Assembly (NCBI GenBank): GCA_964622625.1
Contig: CAZUUQ010000004.1
Span: 7,517 to 66,226, forward strand
Reading direction: 5' to 3'
Source: an uncultured Phycisphaeraceae bacterium
GTDB taxonomy: Bacteria > Planctomycetota > Phycisphaerae > Phycisphaerales > Phycisphaeraceae
DNA length: 58,710 nucleotides
Within the stretch, counting starts at the first letter, position 1, and every line of letters starts with the position of its first letter. Shown in pieces: positions 48,159 through 58,710 of the stretch. Under the pieces are notes generated by a model. It had not been told where the DNA came from. It made no database searches and was given only the letters and a program-made list of their open reading frames with translations. The translations under genes were made by a program, and so were the position numbers.

Positions 48159-48961
48159 GCGGATGCCGGCGGCTCTTGAGAGCGAGCGAATCGGGTTTCG
48201 CGCTGGTCGAGGCGGTGATTGCGTCGCTCCTGGTGGGGCTGCTGTTCGTGACGGCGATGAACGTCGTGGCCGCGTCCCGCACCAGCCAGGCGGTGACGCT
48301 TGATCGCGTCATCGGCCAGGAACTGGCGACCGATCTGCTCAATGAGATTCTTCGCCGCGCGTACATCGAGCCGTTCGATACTCCCCGTTTCGGCCGTGAG
48401 ACAGGCGAGTCGGCCGACCTGCGGGCGAACTACAACGACGTGGACGACTACCACGGTTGGTCGGCCACGCCGCCGCAGCAGGCCAACGGCACGGCGATCA
48501 CGGAGTACGAAGGCTGGCGTCGCAGTGTGCAGGTGGCGTGGGTCGACCCCGCCGCTCCGGACGTGGCGGTGGGCGAGGACCGCGGCGCCAAACGGATCAC
48601 GGTCACGGTCGAGCGTCACGGCAGGGTCGTCGCGCGGGCCGCGGCGATCCGCACGGCCGGGTGGAGCAATCCCATGCCCGAACCGGAGCGCGTCAGCGAC
48701 AACCGGGCGCCTGTGGCCGTGGCGCAAGGTGCTCCGTTGGTGGTCAGCCGCAACAGTCTGGTGAGTTTCAGCGCCGCTTCTTCCAGCGATCCCGACAGCG
48801 ACGCCCTGACGTATTACTGGAGTTTCGGCGATGGCAGCGGCGTCGGCGGTGTGAGCGCCGGCAAGCGCTACAGCCAGACGGGTTTCTACACCGTCACGCT
48901 TACCGTCTCCGACGGCCAGGCGATCGACACCGACCAGCTTGTGGTGGAGGTGCGGTGGTGA
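48155..48961 (+). CDS. GspI/PilV-like minor pseudopilin with a C-terminal PKD domain
   Basis: The N-terminus is ..SESG|FALVEAVIASLLVGLL. The PKD signature SFSAASSSDPDSDALTYYWSFGDGS...GFYTVTLTVSDG is present. It has an ATGA overlap with the previous gene. Confidence 0.65.
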   Translation: MSGCRRLLRASESGFALVEAVIASLLVGLLFVTAMNVVAASRTSQAVTLDRVIGQELATDLLNEILRRAYIEPFDTPRFGRETGESADLRANYNDVDDYHGWSATPPQQANGTAITEYEGWRRSVQVAWVDPAAPDVAVGEDRGAKRITVTVERHGRVVARAAAIRTAGWSNPMPEPERVSDNRAPVAVAQGAPLVVSRNSLVSFSAASSSDPDSDALTYYWSFGDGSGVGGVSAGKRYSQTGFYTVTLTVSDGQAIDTDQLVVEVRW

Positions 48962-50685
48962 GGGACGACCGGCGACGAATGCGGCAGCGTCAGCATGGCA
49001 GCATCTACCTGATGGTGCTGGGCAGTTCGCTGATCGTGACGGTCATCGGCCTGTCGGCCCTGGCGGCGGTGCGCGTCGAGCGCATGTCATCGCAGGTGAA
49101 CCGCGACCTCGCGCAGGCCCGGCTCCTGGCGCGGTCGGCCATCGACCTTGGCATGCTCCAGATCCGCGACGACCCGCGCTGGCGGCAGCGCGGCCCGGGC
49201 GTGTGGATCAGCGACCTGACGCTCGGCGCCGGCCTGCTGTCGCTCGAAGCCATTGATCCGCAGGCCGGCAACTTTCAGCAGCCCGACGGACCGGCCGTGC
49301 TGGTGGGCACCGGCCGCGTGGGCGCTGCCCGGTACGTGGTGCGGACGGAACTGACCACTGCCCGTGGCCTGCCCTGCCTCGAAAATGCCATGCACTCCGG
49401 CCGTGAGATCATCTTTGACGCGACGACCGTCGCCAACAACCAGATGGTGAGCGCCAACCGCGACATCGAGGCCAAAGGCGGTTCCACCGTGTACGGCGAC
49501 GTGGAGTCGGCCCACAATGTCCTGGGCGGCACGTACATGGGCCAGACCGCCTCAAGCGCGCCCGAACGCACCATCCCGGATGTCGCGACCGTACTGGCCT
49601 ACTACCTGGCCAACGGCACGGCCATTCAATACGCCGATCTGCCGACCACGGGACCGAATCTTCTGACAAATACCGGTATGGAGGACGGCATCGCGCCGTG
49701 GGTCGATCGCGGCTTCTGCAAACTTGATGTCTCAGCCGACCAGCCGCACGGCGGAAACGCCAGCCTGCGCGTCTCCGATCGAGCCGCGCCCTGGGCCGGA
49801 CCGTTGCAGGACATCCGCGATCAGGTCGTCAACGACGCCCAGTACACAGCCGAGGCCTGGGTACGGCTGGCCTACGTCCCCGAACAGATGAAGATCACCG
49901 TCTGGGTCCGCGACGACGATGGCGACCACTGGCATTCCGGCAATCTTCAGGCGGTGGGTACGGCCTGGACGAAGATCACCGCCCAGTTCCCGATCAACTG
50001 GAAAGGCGATTTGCAGCACTGCATGATCTATGTCGAGACAGGCGCGTCGAACCAGCGGTTCTACGTGGACGACATGTCGCTGCGCCGCATCGAACCCGGC
50101 GGGCCGGGCATCCGACGTGTGGTGCTCAGCCCGGCCCACAATCCCTTCGGCTCCGGCCAGACCAATGCCCAGGGCATCTATGTCATCAACTGCAACGCCA
50201 ACCGCATCGAGATCGCCGATGCCCGCATCGTCGGCACGCTGGTGCTGCTGAATCTGGGCAGTGGCTCACGAATTGGCGGGGCCGTCGCCTGGGAGCCGGC
50301 CCGGCCGAACTTCCCAGCCCTGCTGGTCAGCGGAAGTATGACCATCGCCCACGGATCGGCCGGCCTGAGCGAGGCGGACTTCGGCATCAACTTCAACCCC
50401 GCCGGCGCGGCCTTTCCCTTTCCCGAAGGCGAGAGCGACGGCGACAGCGACGACGGCTACCCATCGATCGTCCGCGGCCTGGTCTACGTCAGCGGCAACA
50501 TAGAACTGGCGAATCATCCCACGTTCGACGGCGTGGTGCTGGCGGGTCTGGACGTGATCGCCCGCGGACCGGGGCTGGACCTGCGCTACCGCCCGACGTT
50601 CCTCAACGATCCGCCGCCGGGCTTCGACCAGATGGTGCGCACCGTCGAACTTGTGGCCGGCTCGTGGCGGCGGATCGTGGACTGA
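48958..50685 (+). CDS. GspK/PilX-like protein with an internal CBM4_9-like carbohydrate-binding-type module
   Basis: It has an N-terminal hydrophobic anchor GSIYLMVLGSSLIVTVIG without a G/F cleavage site. The module NLLTNTGMEDGIAPW...ASLRVSDR...FYVDDMSLRRIE follows the NGGFE..W / ..DD.S. pattern. The GTG start overlaps the previous stop codon (GTGA), with an alternative ATG at 48979. Confidence 0.55.
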   Translation: MRDDRRRMRQRQHGSIYLMVLGSSLIVTVIGLSALAAVRVERMSSQVNRDLAQARLLARSAIDLGMLQIRDDPRWRQRGPGVWISDLTLGAGLLSLEAIDPQAGNFQQPDGPAVLVGTGRVGAARYVVRTELTTARGLPCLENAMHSGREIIFDATTVANNQMVSANRDIEAKGGSTVYGDVESAHNVLGGTYMGQTASSAPERTIPDVATVLAYYLANGTAIQYADLPTTGPNLLTNTGMEDGIAPWVDRGFCKLDVSADQPHGGNASLRVSDRAAPWAGPLQDIRDQVVNDAQYTAEAWVRLAYVPEQMKITVWVRDDDGDHWHSGNLQAVGTAWTKITAQFPINWKGDLQHCMIYVETGASNQRFYVDDMSLRRIEPGGPGIRRVVLSPAHNPFGSGQTNAQGIYVINCNANRIEIADARIVGTLVLLNLGSGSRIGGAVAWEPARPNFPALLVSGSMTIAHGSAGLSEADFGINFNPAGAAFPFPEGESDGDSDDGYPSIVRGLVYVSGNIELANHPTFDGVVLAGLDVIARGPGLDLRYRPTFLNDPPPGFDQMVRTVELVAGSWRRIVD

Positions 50686-50747
50686 CGCCGCGCCGCTGGA
50701 GCTGCCATTGGGCCGTTTGCGGGCCTTGAGCCGATAATGATGCGAGC

Positions 50748-51356
50748 ATGAACCATGCGACCGCGCCTGTTCCGCGCCCCGTGCAACGGCTGCTGGCTGA
50801 GCTGCCTGGCTGGATCTTTCTGCTGGGCGGGGCGGTGCTGGTCGCGGCCGTGGTACTGGGCCGCGGCCGCGTAGAGAACGCCCCGCTGATCTGGCAGCGC
50901 GATCTGCTCGAAGCCCAGGCCCGCCAACTCGATGCCCGACGTGACGCCTACCAGACGCTGCGAACAGCGCTCGATGAAGGTGACCCGGTACTCCTGGAAC
51001 GCCTGGCTTTCGAGTACCTGCGCCTCCAGCCCCGCGATCGCCTGCTCCTGGCCACCCCCGGCAGCACCACGCCTGGCCACGCGAGCCGATGGCCCAAGGC
51101 GATCGCCCCGGCCGCGGCCGCACACGCAGCCGACTTCACGCCGGCCATCGACCGCACCGTCGAGGCATCGCTCAACCGACCCCTCTCGCGCGAGGGCCTG
51201 GACGTGCCGCCCTTCGAGCCGGACCGCTCGCTGCTGGCCCGCCTGGCCCGGGGATGGTCCGCTCCCGGCCTTGTCGCTGTCGGCGGCATTCTCATCGTCG
51301 CGGGTCTCCTCTGGTCGCCGTCGTCCAATGGCCGCGGCATCCGGTCCGTGCAGTGA
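50748..51356 (+). CDS. Hypothetical membrane protein (N- and C-terminal TM helices with a coiled coil between)
   Basis: Its coding bias is good and the TM helices WIFLLGGAVLVAAVVL and LVAVGGILIVAGLLW are visible. It is the last co-directional gene of the pilus-like cluster. Confidence 0.4.
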   Translation: MNHATAPVPRPVQRLLAELPGWIFLLGGAVLVAAVVLGRGRVENAPLIWQRDLLEAQARQLDARRDAYQTLRTALDEGDPVLLERLAFEYLRLQPRDRLLLATPGSTTPGHASRWPKAIAPAAAAHAADFTPAIDRTVEASLNRPLSREGLDVPPFEPDRSLLARLARGWSAPGLVAVGGILIVAGLLWSPSSNGRGIRSVQ

Positions 51357-51447
51357 CGTAGGCGGCTGCAAAATGGCCATGCCTGCCTTCTGACGCTACG
51401 ATGAAGCCGTTCAATCCCCGCCTTGCACCCGCCTGGCCGCCTAGCCG

Positions 51448-51987
51448 ATGTCTGAGCCGATGTCCGAGTCCCAGCCCGAGCCGCCGCCGAGCGATCCACT
51501 GCGGAACGTCCGCCAGCTACGCGGCAGACTCAAGGCCCCGCCGGGCACCGAGGCGAGCATCGCGATCGTCGCAGCTCGCTTCAACGACTACATCACGGGG
51601 CACATGCTTCACGCGGCTGTGGAGGCGTTTGAGCAGTGCGGCGGGCGACGTGAGCAGTTGACGGTGGCGCACGTGCCCGGATCGCTGGAGCTGGCGGTGA
51701 CCGCCCGCAAGCTGGCGCAGACGGGGCGGTACGCGGCCATTGTCTGCCTGGGCTGCGTCATCCGCGGCGACACCGACCACTTCGAGCACGTGTGCGAACA
51801 GACGGCGAAGGGCATCCGCGAAGTGGGCACGCAGACCGGCGTGCCGTGCATCTTCGGCGTGCTGACCTGCGACACGGTGGAGCAGGCGCTGCAGCGGGCG
51901 GGCATCAAGATGGGCAACCACGGGCGGTCGGCGATGCTCGCGGCCCTCGAAATGGCCGACCTGTTGCAGCAGGTGGACGAGGCATGA
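51448..51987 (+). CDS. ribH: 6,7-dimethyl-8-ribityllumazine synthase
   Basis: The motifs IAIVAARFNDYIT, VPGSLELAV and CLGCVIRGDTDHFEHV are present. Confidence 0.9.
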   Translation: MSEPMSESQPEPPPSDPLRNVRQLRGRLKAPPGTEASIAIVAARFNDYITGHMLHAAVEAFEQCGGRREQLTVAHVPGSLELAVTARKLAQTGRYAAIVCLGCVIRGDTDHFEHVCEQTAKGIREVGTQTGVPCIFGVLTCDTVEQALQRAGIKMGNHGRSAMLAALEMADLLQQVDEA

Positions 51988-52050
51988 CATTCAGCCCCCG
52001 GCTCCGCCGGGGGATAGACAGGGAAAAGACCGGGGGATCAGGGAAGCATC

Positions 52051-52485
52051 ATGGTCAGTCGTCGTGAAGTGCGGACGTTGGCGATGCAGGTGCTCTACCA
52101 GATCGATATGCGCGGGATCGAGGACGCCGCACAGATTCGTGAAGGGATGGCCGGGGCGCCGGGCAACGACGAGGAGCACGAGCTGGCGTACAACCTGGCG
52201 CTGGCGGCCTGGGACGGCCGGGGCGAGGCCGACGCACACTGCGCCGAGCTGGCACCCGACTGGCCGACACACCGTCAGCCGCCGGTCGATCGCGCCATTC
52301 TGCGCCTGGCGTACCACGAAATGGCCAGCGGCCACGCACCCGTGAAGGTGGCCATCAACGAAGCCGTCGAGTTGGCCAAGAAATTCGGAGCGGAGAACTC
52401 GCCGTCGTTCATCAACGGCGTGTTGGACAAGCTGGGCAGACAGTTGAGCGGCGCGGCCGATGAGCCGGTCGAAACCACTGACTAA
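52051..52485 (+). CDS. nusB: Transcription antitermination factor NusB
   Basis: The motifs [17 protein letters not shown] and [23 protein letters not shown] are present, and it sits in the conserved ribH-nusB pair. Confidence 0.88.
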   Translation: MVSRREVRTLAMQVLYQIDMRGIEDAAQIREGMAGAPGNDEEHELAYNLALAAWDGRGEADAHCAELAPDWPTHRQPPVDRAILRLAYHEMASGHAPVKVAINEAVELAKKFGAENSPSFINGVLDKLGRQLSGAADEPVETTD

Positions 52486-52553
52486 TCGACGTGCTCGAAC
52501 ATGTTGCACCGCTAAGTCCACTGCTGACTCGTAACCCGGGGTGTATGACGGAC

Positions 52554-52632
52554 GGCGGATTGCGCTTCGCTTTATCCGCCCTACAGGAAAAGCCGAAGGC
52601 CGTAGGGTGCGTAGAACGAAGTGAAACGCACC
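52554..52632. repeat. REP/REPIN-like doublet of inverted GTAGGG-headed hairpins
   Basis: Span 52554-52584 is the reverse complement of GTAGGGCGGAT..ATCCGCC, and 52602-52632 reads GTAGGGTGCGT..ACGCACC. The two have similar loops and compensatory changes in their stems. Confidence 0.4.
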
Positions 52633-52727
52633 ACCCGCGCCGGATTCGCCTCACGTCACACCGGCAGGTCAATCGCTGGCTGGCGGCCGTGGCTCACCGG
52701 CCGGGCGTCGAGTAAGCTTGCGGCTCT

Positions 52728-53648
52728 ATGGGCCTCTTTAAAGCGGTATTCGGGAAGATCAAGGACGGGCTGGCGCGGACGCGGCAGAGCGTGGGGCAGT
52801 TGCGCCACATGCTGCTGGGGCGCAAGCTCGACGCGGAACTTCTGGAGCAGCTCGAAGCGCGGATGATTCAGGCGGACTTCGGCGTCAAGGCGAGCGCGCA
52901 GCTCGTCTGCCGCGTGCGCGAGGCGTGGCAGGCCGGCGAAATCCGCGACGGCGACGGGGCGTGGGCCTTGTTGCGTCGGGAACTGGAAGATTACTGGCCG
53001 GCGGAGGACCGGGCGATTCGTTTCGCCGACGCCGGGCCGACGGTGATTCTGGTCGCGGGCATCAACGGCGCGGGCAAGACCACGAGCATCGCCAAGATCG
53101 CCAAGGCCCTGCGCGACGAAGGGCGCAGCGTCATGCTGGCCGCGGGCGACACGTTCCGGGCCGCGGCGGTCGAGCAACTGGAGATCTGGTCGCAGCGGCT
53201 GGGCGTGGAGGTCATCAAGGGCCAGCAGGGCGGCGACCCGGCGGCGGTGGCGTTCGACGCGTGTCAGGCGGCCAAGGCGCGCGGCGTGGACGTGCTGCTG
53301 ATCGACACGGCCGGGCGGCTGCACACGCAGAACCACCTGATGCGCCAGCTCGAAAAGATGCGCAACGTCGTGGCCCGGCAGATCGAAGGCGGCCCGCACG
53401 AGGTGATTCTCGTGCTCGATGCCACGACCGGCCAGAACGCGATCAACCAGGCCCGCGTGTTCACCGCGGCCATCGACGTAACCGGCATCTTCCTGGCCAA
53501 GCTCGACGGCACAGCCAAGGGGGGGATCGTCGTGGCGATCCGCCAGGAGCTGGGCATCCCTGTGAAGTTCATCGGTGTGGGTGAGACGCCCGACGACGTG
53601 GAGCCATTCGAGCCGGAGCAGTTCGTTGCGGCGCTGTTCGCGGAGTAA
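52728..53648 (+). CDS. ftsY: Signal recognition particle receptor FtsY (short form)
   Basis: The motifs GINGAGKTTSIAKIA, DTAGRLH and TKLDGTAKGG-type (AKLDGTAKGG) are present. Confidence 0.92.
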   Translation: MGLFKAVFGKIKDGLARTRQSVGQLRHMLLGRKLDAELLEQLEARMIQADFGVKASAQLVCRVREAWQAGEIRDGDGAWALLRRELEDYWPAEDRAIRFADAGPTVILVAGINGAGKTTSIAKIAKALRDEGRSVMLAAGDTFRAAAVEQLEIWSQRLGVEVIKGQQGGDPAAVAFDACQAAKARGVDVLLIDTAGRLHTQNHLMRQLEKMRNVVARQIEGGPHEVILVLDATTGQNAINQARVFTAAIDVTGIFLAKLDGTAKGGIVVAIRQELGIPVKFIGVGETPDDVEPFEPEQFVAALFAE

Positions 53649-53972
53649 GGCTGTTAGTCTGGGTAGTTCAGGGGGCTGTGGGAATTACGATGGCCGGATC
53701 ACGTGGATGGCGCCTGCAATTTTCCTGTGCGGAACGGCTTGGAGGCCTTGTTTTTCTTCTAGCGGGCCTTGGCAGCCGTCAGTGACATGGATATATTCGC
53801 TGTGGGTGGAGGTCCAGCCCGCGCAGCGGTTGCTACGCGGCGGGGGAGGGACGACGTCTTGACGTTTGCGGCCATTGAGGGGCATCGCCATGAGCGGTGT
53901 CGGGTTGCGGACGCGAACCCACCGGAACAGGCGCTTGGGCTTATTCGCAATGGATGCGATTGGGCGACTTGT

Positions 53973-54000
53973 TTGTGTAACGCTTGGTCGACCGTATACA
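53973..54000 (+). promoter_or_regulatory. Possible sigma-70-type promoter for the PEP-CTERM-like gene
   Basis: TTGTGT-N16-TATACA lies in a lower-GC intergenic stretch. Confidence 0.3.
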
Positions 54001-54026
54001 AAGGGATGACGCACATGAGGACGTGG

Positions 54027-54668
54027 ATGAGTAGGGTGTGTGGATGTGTGGCGGCGGCCGCGGTGTTCTGCGCGGCGGGCCATGCGCAGGCCGCGACCAT
54101 TTACGTGGTGGACGCGGGAGCGTCGTCGGTATCGGCACACGGTGTGGGCGACGGCCTGCTGCTGAGCACGGACATTGTGGTGGCCGACGGCTATACCTTT
54201 TCGCTGGACTTCGTGGGTGACTCCCACACGTTCAACTTCTTCAAGGTCTGGACGCCGGAAACATGGGTGAATGACGGCGAGGATACAGTGGCCAAGCCGA
54301 TCACGGCCACGTTGGCCTTCAGCACCCCCGCCAGCTCGGGCACGGTGGCGGGCGAGAGCGTCGGCATCAACATTTTCGCGGGCTTCTACCAGGCCGGACA
54401 GATCACCTGGGACGGGCCTGCCTACGTCAGCGCCGCGACGGGCGACTACACAATCGAACTCAGCGACGTGAGCTTCGGCGAAGGCGACTGGTGGCACGGT
54501 CTGTCATCCAAGTACGCCAAGGTCAAAGCCACCATCACGCAGGTCTCGGAGGCGGGATCGGGCGACCCGCAGATCATCGTGCCTCTGCCGGCCGCGGTCT
54601 GGGGCGGACTGGCACTGATGGGGATGGTGGTGGTGCGGCGTCTGGCGCGCAGCCGCGACGCGGCGTAA
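54027..54668 (+). CDS. Secreted protein with a PEP-CTERM-like C-terminal sorting signal
   Basis: It has a signal peptide MSRVCGCVAAAAVFCAAGHAQA. The C-terminus VPLPAAVWGGLALMGMVVVRRLARSR consists of a P-x-P motif, a TM helix and a basic tail. Alternative in-frame starts exist at 54006 and 54015. Confidence 0.55.
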   Translation: MSRVCGCVAAAAVFCAAGHAQAATIYVVDAGASSVSAHGVGDGLLLSTDIVVADGYTFSLDFVGDSHTFNFFKVWTPETWVNDGEDTVAKPITATLAFSTPASSGTVAGESVGINIFAGFYQAGQITWDGPAYVSAATGDYTIELSDVSFGEGDWWHGLSSKYAKVKATITQVSEAGSGDPQIIVPLPAAVWGGLALMGMVVVRRLARSRDAA

Positions 54669-54720
54669 GCGGATATCGCCCCTCGTGACGGCGCTCACCT
54701 GCTTGAACGGATCTGAACGC

Positions 54721-54754
54721 ACGCCTCGCCCTTCGCGGTGAGGCGTGTTTTTTT
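54721..54754 (+). terminator. Rho-independent terminator
   Basis: The stem acgcctc/gaggcgt is followed by gTTTTTTT. Confidence 0.6.
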
Positions 54755-54880
54755 GCTGTGGTTCCCGTTACGTCGCGGATCGCCAGTCGGCGCCCGTCAT
54801 GTGCAACTGACTGGCGGACGGCTGGGCGCATCGATCGATGCCGCCACCGTCGCCGTACGCTCGTCAGGAACGGATTGCCA

Positions 54881-55729
54881 TCAGCCGGCCGCGGAGCGCG
54901 TTTCACTCATGGCCGGCGGCAGGGCTTCCACGGCGGTGTCATAGCCCAGCTCTTCCATCAGCCTGCCGTTGTGGCGCAGGAACAATGCGAGATCTTCAGC
55001 CGAGAAGACCGCGCGCCATCGGCCTGACCCGCCGCCCAGTCCGCCGGCGAAAGGCTGTGATTCCGTGGTGGTGTAGTTCGCAAAAGAACGGTAAACCGTA
55101 CCCAGCGTCGAGCGGTCGATTGCCCGACGTACGATGGCGTCGTCAGCCTGTATGTGGAAGTGTGCCAGAACGCGGCGAAGCTGCGCTTTGGTATCGGCCA
55201 GCATGTCTTCGTAACGGATGATCAGCACATGCGGGTGGTCCCGCAGTTCCCACCAGCCGCGGACATTGTCCCGCCACGAACCGTAGCCCACTCGTCCCTT
55301 GACCATCAGCCGCAGAAACTGGCTGAAAGTCATGCCGTGGTAGCGGGGCTTGCTGGTCTTGTGCTTGTAATCGTAATACGACAAGGCGGCATCGCGCCCG
55401 TCGCGGACAATGTAGACCACGCGGCCTTGCGTGAGATACGGGATGCAGGGTTCGTGCAGCTTGAAAAAGCGGGGGCGTTGGTCGATGGGCCGGGAGAGCA
55501 GGGCTGGCAGATCCCCCCGATCGATGCCGGGCATGACCGCGTTGATCATCTCGCCGGTGATCTGGTCATGGTCCTGGTGCAGGACGTATGCCAGCAGAAA
55601 GCGCATCCATGTGTTGCCGGATCGAGGCCAGGAGCAGATGAAGCAGTCCGTGGGCTGCACGGGCGCGGGTGATCGCCCGAAAGCCCGGTAGGTCAGAGAT
55701 TCCATCGCACGGCACAACGCGTGTCGCAT
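54881..55729 (-). CDS. Sulfotransferase-domain protein (PAPS-dependent type)
   Basis: It has a 5'-PSB-like loop FICSWPRSGNTWMRFLL and a 3'-PB-like motif YIVRDGRDAALSYY. The start is uncertain (55729, 55705 or 55822). Confidence 0.7.
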   Translation of the reverse strand: MRHALCRAMESLTYRAFGRSPAPVQPTDCFICSWPRSGNTWMRFLLAYVLHQDHDQITGEMINAVMPGIDRGDLPALLSRPIDQRPRFFKLHEPCIPYLTQGRVVYIVRDGRDAALSYYDYKHKTSKPRYHGMTFSQFLRLMVKGRVGYGSWRDNVRGWWELRDHPHVLIIRYEDMLADTKAQLRRVLAHFHIQADDAIVRRAIDRSTLGTVYRSFANYTTTESQPFAGGLGGGSGRWRAVFSAEDLALFLRHNGRLMEELGYDTAVEALPPAMSETRSAAG

Positions 55730-55822
55730 AGCCCGTCCATTGTATGGTCTTGCGGTTGGTATGGCCTTTCCAGCTGAGTGTGCGAAACCGTCGCGTTGCC
55801 GCCGGATCCCGGGGGGAATCAA

Positions 55823-58687
<2,865 letters not shown>

Positions 58688-58710
58688 GGGGATACCTCTA
58701 CATTCTAAAC

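Noticed and set aside
51357-51447. I looked for an FMN riboswitch upstream of ribH.
   Set aside because: The spacer is only about 90 nt and lacks the conserved FMN-element core segments I remember. ribH here is probably not riboswitch-controlled.
53655-53700. The string gggtagttcaggggg resembles a tRNA D-arm.
   Set aside because: No acceptor-stem complement, anticodon arm or GGTTCGAATCC-type T-arm follows it, so it is not a tRNA.
53685-54497. A 270-aa minus-strand ORF lies opposite the PEP-CTERM-like gene.
   Set aside because: Its composition is Arg/His-rich and non-protein-like. The plus strand has a signal peptide, a sorting signal and better GC3 bias.

Overview
This is a high-GC (roughly 65%) bacterial chromosomal segment that is densely coding and has no recognisable rRNA, tRNA, CRISPR array, transposase or integrase. 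The gene content is compatible with a PVC/Planctomycetota-like organism: ACIII plus a caa3 oxidase, many prepilin-type proteins, a PEP-CTERM-like protein and a sulfotransferase. I cannot verify that taxonomy from sequence alone.

Gene order along the window:
1. Three tandem flagellin genes (1-4240). The last two share an apparently identical core of about 1.28 kb.
2. A porin, an OFA-type MFS transporter and acetyl-CoA synthetase (4672-9785).
3. A cytoplasmic glycan-phosphorolysis locus (9836-18295). It holds two divergently oriented GH94-like phosphorylases, a DUF4038/GH140-like hydrolase, a small unknown protein and an MFS transporter.
4. An hslV gene with no adjacent hslU (18372-18926).
5. 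A 14.5 kb minus-strand respiratory supercluster, actABCDEF (Alternative Complex III), then SCO1, then the caa3 cytochrome oxidase (19141-33623).
6. A roughly 16.5 kb co-directional cluster (34768-51356). A signalling module (REC, GAF-like HD-GYP, PAS histidine kinase, STAS) runs by overlapping start/stop codons into a type IV filament / T2SS-like machine. That machine has GspE/PilB, GspF/PilC, PilM/N/O-like proteins and six prepilin-type proteins, two of which carry PKD and CBM-like domains.
7. Housekeeping genes ribH, nusB and ftsY, then a PEP-CTERM-like protein, a sulfotransferase and aconitase.

The best candidate for an undescribed system is the cluster in item 6. It looks like a c-di-GMP/STAS-linked type IV filament machine with possible glycan-binding minor pilins and no secretin or prepilin peptidase in cis.

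All functional calls rest on motifs I recognise by eye in the ORF translations. No database search was run.
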